A DNA stretch of 64,000 nucleotides from an uncultured Candidatus Saccharibacteria bacterium (GCA_965231155.1 OZ246418.1:302850-366849); one strand, 5' to 3'. Positions 1 to 9,362 are shown, counted from the first letter of the stretch. Notes: generated by a model from the letters alone, not told the origin. Numbers and translations are program-made.

Positions 1-1
1 A

Positions 2-2050
2 GATGAGTGGAGTAAGGTCTACTGGGATGGAATACTCTCTGGTATTCCAAGTTTTCGTGGTGATGTAGAGATACTCTCCTGGAGCACCTCCGTCCTTCCA
101 GCGCTGGCTCGAGCGATTCTCAAAACTGCCACACCAAAAAATTTAGAGGTCATCTATCGATCACTTTCCCTAGAACGGGCCCGAAGCCTCCACGCTCTTT
201 TAATAGCGAGTGTGCCGGGAAACGATCTGCTCAAAAAAAAGGTGTGGCTCCAGGAGCAGAATCTGAACCTTCTCAAGTTTTTCAACACCAATACTGCCGG
301 CCTCTCTTTCGAAGCGCCAAACGAAAACCTCCTCTCTCGCCAAGGATTCGCACGAGCCCAGGTCTTACCTGAAAACCTTCTTAGCACCCTCTTCTCTGCC
401 GAAGTAGCTGGAAAAATCAGTGAGCTTGGTGGAGACAACAAACTCACCGAAGAACAGACAAGAAACGTAGCAGTAGTTTGTGGTTCGGTTGTCTTGGGGC
501 TTACCAAAATGGCCGATCTCTTGAAAATTGTAAAAGAAAAATGTCACACGGAAGAGTCTTTAAGTGTCATTATTCAAAAATCCCTCGAAGAAAAAATACT
601 TTCCCCTCTTAAGAAAGACATTGACGCCTCAGCTCCGCCAAATCCTTTTGCGGTCGGTGAAAATACATCAGCAACAGAAGGTGGGGGGGTAAACATTAAA
701 CCAGAGGTTCTCCCTACTAGCCCACGTATTCCTGAGGAAGGAAAGAAAAATCCGATCTTCTCTCCGCTTCCCGCAACAAACTCATCAGCAATTCCTCAGA
801 CACTTACCCAAAAAGCAAGCGAGCCATTTTTCAAAAAGTGGACCGGGGAAGAAAACACGAACCAACCGAAAGAAAAAGAGCCTCCAGTTGGACCAAAGAT
901 CATTCAGGAGGAGATGCGAGCACAGTCGTTGTCTGCAGCACCCAAACTAGGTTTCCGCGTATCTAACGATAAACTGGGAGAGGTGCAGGAAAAAGCGGCA
1001 CCTCTCAGAGCCGCCGAACTCACCATGTCAAACTCTTCGGGAGAGGCAGAACCATTAGCATCTTCTTCTCCCCGTGAAACTGGCCAAAAACTAGGTACAC
1101 CCATCTCTCCACTAGGGGCAAAACTCTCTATGGGCGGAGAGGGTTTTCCTAAGACAGCGGGATCCTCTTCTGGGTTTTTAGGGAAAATTCGAAATACTCT
1201 TTCTCTAAACAACACAAAGCCTTCAGAAGTCGCTAGTCAGATCTCAGAGCTAAAAGTTCCATTGCCACCGCCAGAGGCCACTTCGCCTATTTCCAAAATG
1301 GAGACAAAACCAAATGAACCAGTAAAGATTGCAGTTGCTGTTCCAGAAAAAGAAAAAGGATTTATGCCTTCTCAAGCAATACCCCTTTCTCCTGTGGAAA
1401 AAGAACCGGCACCAGTCACCCTTGCGACTTTAGAAGTTAAAAAAGAAACTCTCCAGGAAGCTCCTCTTATCACTGCACCAAAAGAGACTCCACCGCCACC
1501 GCCCTCAAAAATATCGCCTTCACCAACGCCCTTCAAAAATCCAACAGTTTCCGAGTCAGCGCTTCAACCAAAGACTTCTTCTGTAATGCCACGAATCGAC
1601 CTCAGAAAGATGAGCGATATTACTATTGAAAAAGTTCCCGCTCCAAAACCAGAAAGACAACCAGGATTTTTTAGTCGTTTGTTTAAAAAAGAATCGGCTG
1701 GTCAGAAAATTATCGTTAGCCCAGAAATAGAGAAGAAGCCAACACTCTCGCCTACAGCTACTAATACACCGAGAGAAGTGGTGCCACAAGAACACCCTAA
1801 CGCCCCGCTGCCTCCACCGCCACCGGCGCCACTGAAGACTCCTGAACTTCCAAAATCGATTGGAGAAAGTGCGGCTCGTCCTCTTCCCGTCCAAAAAGTT
1901 TCTCCGCTCACTAGCTTCCAGAAAAAACCAGAAGGACAACCTCCTCCACAGAATCCAGCTAAAGTAGTGGAAACAGTTTCTAGCACTCCTCGAGTGGTTA
2001 ACTACAGTGAGTACCCACTGCGAGACAATCCACTAAAACAATCTAATTAG
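2..2050 (+). CDS. Large Pro/Ser/Glu/Lys-rich low-complexity hypothetical protein, 5'-truncated by the window edge
   Basis: The frame of ORF 212..2050 stays open back to position 2 (DEWSKVYWDG...). Long disordered region with poly-Pro tracts; lies just upstream of the PrgI-like gene. Confidence 0.75.
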   Translation, partial: DEWSKVYWDGILSGIPSFRGDVEILSWSTSVLPALARAILKTATPKNLEVIYRSLSLERARSLHALLIASVPGNDLLKKKVWLQEQNLNLLKFFNTNTAGLSFEAPNENLLSRQGFARAQVLPENLLSTLFSAEVAGKISELGGDNKLTEEQTRNVAVVCGSVVLGLTKMADLLKIVKEKCHTEESLSVIIQKSLEEKILSPLKKDIDASAPPNPFAVGENTSATEGGGVNIKPEVLPTSPRIPEEGKKNPIFSPLPATNSSAIPQTLTQKASEPFFKKWTGEENTNQPKEKEPPVGPKIIQEEMRAQSLSAAPKLGFRVSNDKLGEVQEKAAPLRAAELTMSNSSGEAEPLASSSPRETGQKLGTPISPLGAKLSMGGEGFPKTAGSSSGFLGKIRNTLSLNNTKPSEVASQISELKVPLPPPEATSPISKMETKPNEPVKIAVAVPEKEKGFMPSQAIPLSPVEKEPAPVTLATLEVKKETLQEAPLITAPKETPPPPPSKISPSPTPFKNPTVSESALQPKTSSVMPRIDLRKMSDITIEKVPAPKPERQPGFFSRLFKKESAGQKIIVSPEIEKKPTLSPTATNTPREVVPQEHPNAPLPPPPPAPLKTPELPKSIGESAARPLPVQKVSPLTSFQKKPEGQPPPQNPAKVVETVSSTPRVVNYSEYPLRDNPLKQSN

Positions 2051-2110
2051 AATCTGCTTCCGAGGCCTGTTTTTCAGATGAGAATGAGCTAGTATATATA
2101 GGAAGCTCTC

Positions 2111-2635
2111 ATGCAATTTCAAGTTCCACAGTTTATCGAGGGAGAGGATATGATCATCGGCCCACTGAGCCTTCGCCAGTTCGGCTATCTCTGTCTGGCT
2201 GGTGTATTTAGCGCCATCCTCTATCTCACTATCGATCTTATCCCCTGGATACTTTTCTCGGTCGTCCTTTTTGCGATTGCTCTCGTTATTGGTTTTGTAC
2301 AGATTCAGGGACAGAGCATGTTCCGAATTATTGGCGCGTATCTTCGTTACTTCTGGCGTCCTCAGCACTATGTCTGGCAAGCACAGAAGCAAACAGCGAG
2401 TCAAAAAGATGAAGAACTTCGACTACTTGCCCCTCAGGGTTCGCCCCTGGAAAAAGTAGTTCTTGGTCTCTTTCTTCGCCAAAGCTGGCGAGAACTCCAG
2501 ACTGGCGAGACTAATGCAGCAGGGGAGAAAACTCCTGATGAAAAGATTAAAGAAACGGCCAAACAAGAACAGTACAAGATCTTCCGTCGTTTGACCGGAG
2601 AAAGAAATGCGGCCCGAAGGATCGACTATCGTTAG
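2111..2635 (+). CDS. PrgI-family (VirB3-like) membrane protein of a T4SS-like locus
   Basis: N-terminus MQFQVPQFIEGEDMIIGPLSLRQFGYL, two TM segments, then PQHYVWQ: the usual PrgI-family pattern; upstream of a VirB4-like ATPase. Confidence 0.85.
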   Translation: MQFQVPQFIEGEDMIIGPLSLRQFGYLCLAGVFSAILYLTIDLIPWILFSVVLFAIALVIGFVQIQGQSMFRIIGAYLRYFWRPQHYVWQAQKQTASQKDEELRLLAPQGSPLEKVVLGLFLRQSWRELQTGETNAAGEKTPDEKIKETAKQEQYKIFRRLTGERNAARRIDYR

Positions 2636-2695
2636 GAGTAGTTTCTCTGGGGTCTGGCGATAGAATAATTAAGGGTTAGCTATTATACTTTAGAC

Positions 2696-3454
2696 ATGCC
2701 TCTTGATGCTCCCGCAAATAGTTTAAACCTCCTGGCCATACAGGAGATTCATCATGACTGTCTCGTCCTTAAAAGTGGCGGCTTGGTTCAGGTGCTTATG
2801 GTTGGAGGTACCAACTTCTCTTTGAAGCCAGAAAGTGAGCAAAATCTTCTCACTGCCTCCTACCAGAGATTTCTTAATAGTCTTGGCTTCCCAATTCAGA
2901 TTATCGTACACTCTCGAAAAGTTAACATCCAAAAATATTTAAGCAATCTAGAGAAACGACAGAATGAGGAGGTGACGCCACTTCTCCAAAGTCAGATATC
3001 GGAGTACCGCCAGTTTGTTGAGTCTTTCGTCAAAGAGAATCCGATTATGACCAAATCTTTCTTCGTGGTCGTTCCTTATTACGGCGCTGGCATCCAAATT
3101 TCTAAAAAAACAAGCGACGAGGCGGGCAAGAAGAAAGAGAAGTCGAGTTCTCCATTCAGCTTCCTTCCTTTCTTCAAGAAAAAAGAAGTGGAGGAAAAAC
3201 CTGTAGATGAGACAGCTCCCCAGGCCGGCGCGAACGAACCAATAGCCGATCTCAGCAAAGAAGAAGAGCAGAACTTTGCCAAGAGCCTTCTCCAGATGAA
3301 ACAACGAGTCAATCACGTAGTCCAAGGACTCGAGGCCATTGGCTTGCCGGTAAAGATACTCAACGACGAACAACTGATTGAACTTCTTTATAACTTCTAC
3401 AATCCAGAAACAACTGAGAAACGAGAAATGTCACTACCCGCTCACGGCGCCTAA
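2696..3454 (+). CDS. T4SS-locus protein between PrgI and VirB4 (TraC/VirB4-associated, non-ATPase)
   Basis: Motifs NFSLKPESEQ..YQRFLNSLGFPIQIIVHSRK and LLYNFYNP are typical of the gene preceding VirB4 in such loci; 2-bp gap to the ATPase gene. Confidence 0.7.
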   Translation: MPLDAPANSLNLLAIQEIHHDCLVLKSGGLVQVLMVGGTNFSLKPESEQNLLTASYQRFLNSLGFPIQIIVHSRKVNIQKYLSNLEKRQNEEVTPLLQSQISEYRQFVESFVKENPIMTKSFFVVVPYYGAGIQISKKTSDEAGKKKEKSSSPFSFLPFFKKKEVEEKPVDETAPQAGANEPIADLSKEEEQNFAKSLLQMKQRVNHVVQGLEAIGLPVKILNDEQLIELLYNFYNPETTEKREMSLPAHGA

Positions 3455-3456
3455 CT

Positions 3457-5178
3457 ATGTCTGACTATAATTTTGAACACATTAAGAAAATCATCAGCCC
3501 TTCGGGCGCTGAAGTGAGTTCTAATCATCTTAAACTTGGGAGTAAATATCTGAAGACAATGTTTATTCACTCCTACCCTCGCTATCTGGCGACCGGCTGG
3601 TTTGAAGAACTGATCAACCTCCCAAACATTTTTGATATTTCCATCTTCGTTACTCCAGTAGAAACTGGCATCGCTATAAAAAAACTAAGGAAAAAAGCCA
3701 CCCAGCTAGAAGCGGAGCTTAATGACCGGGAAGAAAAGGGATTGGTGCGTGATCCCGTGTTAGAGACCGCCCTCCAGGACGTAGACACGCTTCGAGACTC
3801 ATTACAACAATCGACAGAAAAATTCTTTCAGATTGGTGTCTATCTGACTATCTATGCCGAAAGTCTTGAGGAGCTTTCCCAACTTGAGAGTCAGATTACT
3901 GGCATGATGGAAGCAAAGCTTATCTATATGAAGCACGCTATCTTCCAACAACTTGAAGGATTCTTCTCGATACTGCCATTCGTGGATGATCAGATTAATA
4001 TCACGACGCCAATGAACTCGGCGCCAATCTCTTCCTTCTTTCCATTCGTATCTGAAGATCTCACCTCAGATACTGGCATTATGTATGGCGTGAATCGTCA
4101 CAACAACAACCTCGTTATCTTCGATCGCTTCACGTTAGAGAATGCCAACCAGGTGGTCTTCGCTAAGTCTGGTGGTGGTAAATCCTATTCGACAAAGCTG
4201 GAACTGATCCGCCAGCTAATGATGGGCGTGGAAATCATTGTTATTGATCCAGAAAACGAATACAAGAAACTGGCCGAGGCTTTCGGGGGAAGTTTCTTTA
4301 ATATCTCGCTCTCCTCCCACGAGCATATTAATCCTTTTGATATTCCGATTATTCCCCAGGGGGAGTCTCCCGAGGATGTTCTTCGATCGCACATCGTCAC
4401 GATGGCCGGCCTGATTAAGCTCATGCTCGGAGGCACCGTAACCGCCGAAGAGGATGCCATCATCGACCGAGCGGTCACTGAAACCTACGCCTCTCGAGAA
4501 ATTGTTCCGGGACGTGATTTCTCGAAAGCCGAGCCGCCTCTCTTGGGGGACATGGAAACGGTTCTTAGGAATATGGAGGGTGGTCGACCAATTGCCGAAC
4601 GACTGTATAAGTTCACTCAAGGAAGCTTTGCTGGGTTTATCAACCAACCGACAAACATTGATGTGAACAACCGCCTGATCATCTTTTCTATTCGAGACCT
4701 CGAAGAGGAACTCCGACCAATTGCCATGTATGTCGTTTTAAACTTCATCTGGAATATCGTCCGAGCAGAACTCAAGAAACGTATCATGATGATCGACGAA
4801 GCCTGGATTATGATGAAACACGAAGACAGCGCTTCGTTCTTGTTTGGTCTCGTGAAGCGGGGCAGAAAATATTATTTAGGCATCACCACCATCACACAAG
4901 ACGTCGAAGACTTCCTGCGTTCTCCCTACGGCCGGCCGATTATCACCAACTCCTCCCTCCAGCTCCTTCTGAAACAGGCGCCGGCTTCTATCGATATTGT
5001 CGGGAAAGCATTCGATCTCAATGAAACAGAAAAAAATCTCATCCTCGCTGCCGAAGTAGGTACCGGACTATTCTTTGCCGGCAAGCGTCATGTCGCCATC
5101 CAGATTATTCCTTCTTACTTTGAAGACAAAATCATCACTACCAACCCAAAGGCCCTCCTGGAGGACGAGAAAAAATAG
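3457..5178 (+). CDS. virB4: VirB4/TraC-like secretion ATPase
   Basis: Walker A AKSGGGKS, IIVIDPENEY, HINPFD, Walker B IMMIDEAW, KRGRKY, TITQD. Confidence 0.9.
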   Translation: MSDYNFEHIKKIISPSGAEVSSNHLKLGSKYLKTMFIHSYPRYLATGWFEELINLPNIFDISIFVTPVETGIAIKKLRKKATQLEAELNDREEKGLVRDPVLETALQDVDTLRDSLQQSTEKFFQIGVYLTIYAESLEELSQLESQITGMMEAKLIYMKHAIFQQLEGFFSILPFVDDQINITTPMNSAPISSFFPFVSEDLTSDTGIMYGVNRHNNNLVIFDRFTLENANQVVFAKSGGGKSYSTKLELIRQLMMGVEIIVIDPENEYKKLAEAFGGSFFNISLSSHEHINPFDIPIIPQGESPEDVLRSHIVTMAGLIKLMLGGTVTAEEDAIIDRAVTETYASREIVPGRDFSKAEPPLLGDMETVLRNMEGGRPIAERLYKFTQGSFAGFINQPTNIDVNNRLIIFSIRDLEEELRPIAMYVVLNFIWNIVRAELKKRIMMIDEAWIMMKHEDSASFLFGLVKRGRKYYLGITTITQDVEDFLRSPYGRPIITNSSLQLLLKQAPASIDIVGKAFDLNETEKNLILAAEVGTGLFFAGKRHVAIQIIPSYFEDKIITTNPKALLEDEKK

Positions 5179-5181
5179 TGT

Positions 5182-6054
5182 ATGGAACGGGTTGAAAATG
5201 TAAGTTATCAGCTTGAAATAGATCAGATTAGAAACGCAACGGAGGCAGCTGCGGAGGAGCTTCGGGAGGAAATCCGGCGCAGCCATCATCCAACCGCCTT
5301 CTTTATCGTACTCTGTGTTGCGCTTCTAAAAGACTTCGGCGAAGGAGTTCTCACTCTTTTTATAATTGGTCTGATTGCTTCTCCTATCCTTGGTTTGGCT
5401 ATTGATCTTTTTTTGCGCCACCTAATGAAAAAATATGGGTGGTTTGAAACAAAAGCAGAGGTGGTGAAAAAAATTAAGTTCGTTTTTTACGGATTGAGTT
5501 TCTTCTTTGACAACCTTCCGGCTATTGGCGCCTTACCTCTTACTACTATTACCGTATTTTATATCCACCATCAAATCAAAAACCGAGGAAAAGAAGCTGT
5601 CGAAGAATTGGCGGAGTTGGAATATAGAATGTCTCAAGAGGTTGAGCGAGTTCGTGAGCAAATCGAGGAAGAAACACGAAGAAGGTCAGTGGAAGAGACG
5701 GAATTTCCTGAGGAGACAGAGTCTGAAACCTCAAGAAAAGAGCAAGCGACCCAATCCAGCGTAGCAATGAGACACCAAGCTGAAGAAACTGGAACGGAGA
5801 AACCAACGAACTCGAGAAATCAAACAGGAGAAAATACAGAAGAAACACCTGAAGAAATATTTATTCCCCAGGAAGTTCGAGATCCTCTTGGTAAACTGAA
5901 GCGAGACTACTTTGAGACATCACCAGACCAACCTCGCGAAACTCCAGAGAAAGATTCTTCCGAAAAAACTGGGAGTACTCCTCATAAGCCAAAATCAAAA
6001 ATGGACTTAACAGTAGAAAACGAAGACCGCTTCAGAAATAATAAAGCTGCCTAA
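5182..6054 (+). CDS. Hypothetical membrane protein with an acidic, disordered C-terminus
   Basis: Hydrophobic segments at about aa 40-130 followed by a Glu-rich tail; tightly packed in the operon (3-bp and 2-bp gaps). Confidence 0.7.
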   Translation: MERVENVSYQLEIDQIRNATEAAAEELREEIRRSHHPTAFFIVLCVALLKDFGEGVLTLFIIGLIASPILGLAIDLFLRHLMKKYGWFETKAEVVKKIKFVFYGLSFFFDNLPAIGALPLTTITVFYIHHQIKNRGKEAVEELAELEYRMSQEVERVREQIEEETRRRSVEETEFPEETESETSRKEQATQSSVAMRHQAEETGTEKPTNSRNQTGENTEETPEEIFIPQEVRDPLGKLKRDYFETSPDQPRETPEKDSSEKTGSTPHKPKSKMDLTVENEDRFRNNKAA

Positions 6055-6056
6055 CA

Positions 6057-7118
6057 ATGTCATCCTTCTTAACAATACTCATCACTCTGACTTTTTTATC
6101 TCCGTTGGTAGTATTTGGTGCAGACTACGAACTCCCCGCTCGTACCGCCTCAGAGACACTGACGCTACTGACTGGAGCCAGTCCAGCACGGGCGGTGAGT
6201 GATCTTTATAATTTTGCCTTAGGCATAGGTGCAATTGCTGCCTTTGGGTTAATCGTCTACTCAGCCCTCCAATACACCACCACAGATAGTCCGGGGAAGA
6301 GACAGGAGGCGCAGGGGAGAATCTTCCAGTCTCTATTAGGTTTGCTTCTTCTTATTGGTGCAACCTTGGTGTTGAGGTTTATTAATCCTGATCTTCCCAA
6401 CCTCAAGAATCCTGAAGCTCCGCAGTTGGAGGCGATACAGCTGGATACCACGTCTGAATCCTACTGGGTTCTCCAGAAATGCCCGGCGCTTCTACAAGAT
6501 TGCTCAAACGACCTCTCGTACGCTTTGGCTAGTGATCGTGGAGAATACAGTTCGAGAGTTTTGTGCGCTGAAGCAGGTAGTAGTACTATTGGTGGTACTG
6601 AACCAGGCTGGTGGCGATGTGTCGAGAGAACAAGGGATACTTCGGGCCTTGGCGGTACAGCGGGACCAGGATGCGAACCTATCCCTAACCCTGGAGTAGG
6701 CTCTGTCCAGTACATAGAGGAAAAGTTAGCAGGCACGCCCTATGCTGGTTGTTTCGGAGATAAGATTGCAAAAGCTTCAGGAATCATTGGCATAGAAAGT
6801 GGCGGGCAAGAAACTATTGAGAGTCGAACTGACAAGTGCAATCCAGCGCCCCCACGCAGTGTTTCTATTGGATTGTTTCAGATTAATCTCAGCGCTCACC
6901 ACCTTGGTTCTTTGCAATGTGCAAATAAGGCTATCCGTGGACAACTCCGAACAAGTCCAAACGACTGCACTATTATTGACGAGGTCCAGTATGGGCTCTG
7001 TCTGGCCGAGGCGAAAAAAGCCACACCAAATATTATTGAAGCTTGCAAGACTTTTAGAATGAAGAATAATTCCTTTCAGCTCTGGGGACCACAAACCAAG
7101 GAGAAGTGTGGAATTTAG
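6057..7118 (+). CDS. Signal peptide + VirB2/TrbC-like pilin module + Cys-rich linker + lytic transglycosylase (SLT/lysozyme-like) domain
   Basis: Pilin pattern TM-(TTDSPGKRQEAQGRIFQSLLGLLLL)-TM-INPDL; C-terminal IIGIESGG...SIGLFQIN...NIIEACK...FQLWG resembles lysozyme-fold motifs (catalytic ES, GLFQI). Confidence 0.75.
   Translation: MSSFLTILITLTFLSPLVVFGADYELPARTASETLTLLTGASPARAVSDLYNFALGIGAIAAFGLIVYSALQYTTTDSPGKRQEAQGRIFQSLLGLLLLIGATLVLRFINPDLPNLKNPEAPQLEAIQLDTTSESYWVLQKCPALLQDCSNDLSYALASDRGEYSSRVLCAEAGSSTIGGTEPGWWRCVERTRDTSGLGGTAGPGCEPIPNPGVGSVQYIEEKLAGTPYAGCFGDKIAKASGIIGIESGGQETIESRTDKCNPAPPRSVSIGLFQINLSAHHLGSLQCANKAIRGQLRTSPNDCTIIDEVQYGLCLAEAKKATPNIIEACKTFRMKNNSFQLWGPQTKEKCGI
6126..6437 (+). 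repeat. 312-bp exact direct repeat, copy 1 (copy 2 at 8373..8684)
   Basis: TACGAACTCCCCGCTCGT...GTTGGAGGCGATA is identical in both copies by eye, offset 2247 bp, in frame (104 codons). Confidence 0.95.
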
Positions 7119-7150
7119 CTCTTATACCATTTGCGGTATAATACAGTGGT

Positions 7151-7639
7151 ATGAGAAAACAAGTTATCACTCTTGTGGTTATCATTGCCATTTGTCTTGG
7201 TCTCCTTTTTTTCATCATCCAGTTTTCTGAAAAACCAACTAATAACGTTTCTGATGTCGACGATCTCTCTGTTTTAGGAGATCGACCGAATCAAGACGTG
7301 CCAACCGGAAAGACCTTTATAATCCCTACAGAACAAGGCGATGTGATGGTAAAAAACTTTTTCAAAACTGGCCAACCCCTCAAAGGAGAGGAACCCGGGG
7401 TTCTCATAGAAGAAACTCCCGATTACACGATACTTTTTTATACGAAACAAAAAGAGGTGCTTATCTCCCTCACATCAAAACCAGTAATAACCGCGAAACA
7501 GAAAGCCGAAGAAGCCCTTCTTCGTCTTTTGGGCACATCCCAAGAAGATGCTTGCAAACTATTCTCTTCTGTCCGCACCACCGTCTATGTCGATCCAGAC
7601 TTGGCAGGTAGAGAACTTGGGTTAAGTTTCTGTAAATAA
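7151..7639 (+). CDS. Membrane-anchored hypothetical protein
   Basis: N-terminal TM helix, C-terminal DACKL...LGLSFC Cys pair; TATAAT at 7137..7142. Confidence 0.75.
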   Translation: MRKQVITLVVIIAICLGLLFFIIQFSEKPTNNVSDVDDLSVLGDRPNQDVPTGKTFIIPTEQGDVMVKNFFKTGQPLKGEEPGVLIEETPDYTILFYTKQKEVLISLTSKPVITAKQKAEEALLRLLGTSQEDACKLFSSVRTTVYVDPDLAGRELGLSFCK

Positions 7640-7644
7640 TAACC

Positions 7645-8322
7645 ATGAAAAAACTTCTCGCTATCTTCACTCTCGTCTTAGCTCTCTCCTTCCAAAGAAC
7701 CGAAGCTGCTGCACCAACCATGTTCCTGACCTGGAGAACGAACACCTATACTCCGAAAGACTATCCCGGAAAGGCCTTGGTTACTCCCGGATCGAATGTC
7801 ATTTTTTCTATAGAAGTACTGCAAGATGGAAAAATTCTCCCTCTAAAGACCATGATGATCCGTTGGTATGTGCAAGGACATCTTTATAAGAGTGGCCTTG
7901 GTCTTCAGTCATTTAATACATCCGCCAAGGTTCTCTCTGGAAATGATCTGAAAGTACGCGTAGAGATTCCGGACCTCCCAGGAGGCCCTCTTTCTAAAAC
8001 TATGCTTCTTCGAGTAACCGATCCAAAAGTGGTTATCGAAGCACCCTTCCCTGGTCTTATAACTCCAATCAAAGATTTCTTCGTCAAAGCAACACCCTAC
8101 TTTTTTTCCGTCCCTTCTGAAAAAAATCTGTCCTATCGCTGGACGGTCAATGGTAATGTCTTGCCCGAAGGATCGGATCCCCAACTAGTTTCTATAACCG
8201 CCAAGAATCTTCGTCAGTCAACCATTCGAACGCTTTCTTTCCAGATATCAGTAAAGAATCCTAATGAGGACTTCGACCAAACCGATGCCATTAAAACAAT
8301 AACCATTAAGGACACGCCATGA
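7645..8322 (+). CDS. Secreted beta-rich (Ig/PKD-like) hypothetical protein
   Basis: Signal peptide MKKLLAIFTLVLALSFQRTEA; repeated RWYVQG / YRWTVNG beta motifs. Confidence 0.7.
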   Translation: MKKLLAIFTLVLALSFQRTEAAAPTMFLTWRTNTYTPKDYPGKALVTPGSNVIFSIEVLQDGKILPLKTMMIRWYVQGHLYKSGLGLQSFNTSAKVLSGNDLKVRVEIPDLPGGPLSKTMLLRVTDPKVVIEAPFPGLITPIKDFFVKATPYFFSVPSEKNLSYRWTVNGNVLPEGSDPQLVSITAKNLRQSTIRTLSFQISVKNPNEDFDQTDAIKTITIKDTP

Positions 8323-9350
8323 TTTCTACCTTACTTTCCTTTTTGGGCGCGACAAGGGTCTTTGCAGCTCCTTACGAACTCCCCGCTCGTACCGCCTCAG
8401 AGACACTGACGCTACTGACTGGAGCCAGTCCAGCACGGGCGGTGAGTGATCTTTATAATTTTGCCTTAGGCATAGGTGCAATTGCTGCCTTTGGGTTAAT
8501 CGTCTACTCAGCCCTCCAATACACCACCACAGATAGTCCGGGGAAGAGACAGGAGGCGCAGGGGAGAATCTTCCAGTCTCTATTAGGTTTGCTTCTTCTT
8601 ATTGGTGCAACCTTGGTGTTGAGGTTTATTAATCCTGATCTTCCCAACCTCAAGAATCCTGAAGCTCCGCAGTTGGAGGCGATAGGGGTAGCGAGTAGTA
8701 CCGCAGAGGGAGAAACCTCTTATTGGACAATTCAAGTCTGCCCCAAAAGAGAAGATTGTAGTGAAGAAGACTACGAAGACCTCGCCCCTAGAGATGAGGG
8801 CCATTATACCGACAGAAACGCGTGCCTAGGAATGAATACCGCCATTGGCGAAGAACCGGCTCGCTGGCGATGTGTCGAGAGATTTACTGGCCAACCAAGC
8901 GCCCTGGTCCCTATCGATGACAGTGTGGCTCAGCAAAGAGAGGAGGCGGTTCGCGCTCAACTTCGAGGATATGGAATTGAGGTCAACAACAAGGCCTGCG
9001 TCCCTTATACTGCCCGCTACCAGGACGTACCTGGAAGTTGCACAAATGTTGGAGGCCTACCAAACGGAGTTCTTTCAAAACTAGGAGTTCTTAATCCGCA
9101 GTTTCCAATAATCATTACTGGGGGGTCTGAAGCCGGGCATCTCTCTCACGGAGTAGGGGAGCCTTCGGTGGATATAAAACCTGCTCGTCGTAGCTCGCCA
9201 CCATCGGCAGGTTGGTGTGAACTTGAGAGGTTGGTTAAAGAATTAGGGATTGATGAGGCTCGGTCACAGTTTGAGTTACGCGGGGTGCCGCTCGATGCGG
9301 GCTGTAGAGCTAATCCGCCACCAGACCACTATCATGTACGCTTTGATTAA
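8319..9350 (+). CDS. Signal peptide + identical VirB2/TrbC-like pilin module + Cys-rich linker + putative M15-like (Hedgehog/DD-peptidase fold) Zn peptidase
   Basis: Same 104-aa module as 6057..7118; C-terminal IIITGGSEAGHLSHGVGEPSVDI...DHYHVRF gives H-x7-D and HxH putative Zn ligands. Confidence 0.7.
   Translation: MISTLLSFLGATRVFAAPYELPARTASETLTLLTGASPARAVSDLYNFALGIGAIAAFGLIVYSALQYTTTDSPGKRQEAQGRIFQSLLGLLLLIGATLVLRFINPDLPNLKNPEAPQLEAIGVASSTAEGETSYWTIQVCPKREDCSEEDYEDLAPRDEGHYTDRNACLGMNTAIGEEPARWRCVERFTGQPSALVPIDDSVAQQREEAVRAQLRGYGIEVNNKACVPYTARYQDVPGSCTNVGGLPNGVLSKLGVLNPQFPIIITGGSEAGHLSHGVGEPSVDIKPARRSSPPSAGWCELERLVKELGIDEARSQFELRGVPLDAGCRANPPPDHYHVRFD
8373..8684 (+). repeat. 312-bp exact direct repeat, copy 2
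   Basis: Identical to 6126..6437. Confidence 0.95.
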
Positions 9351-9362
9351 TTATTCGAATCC

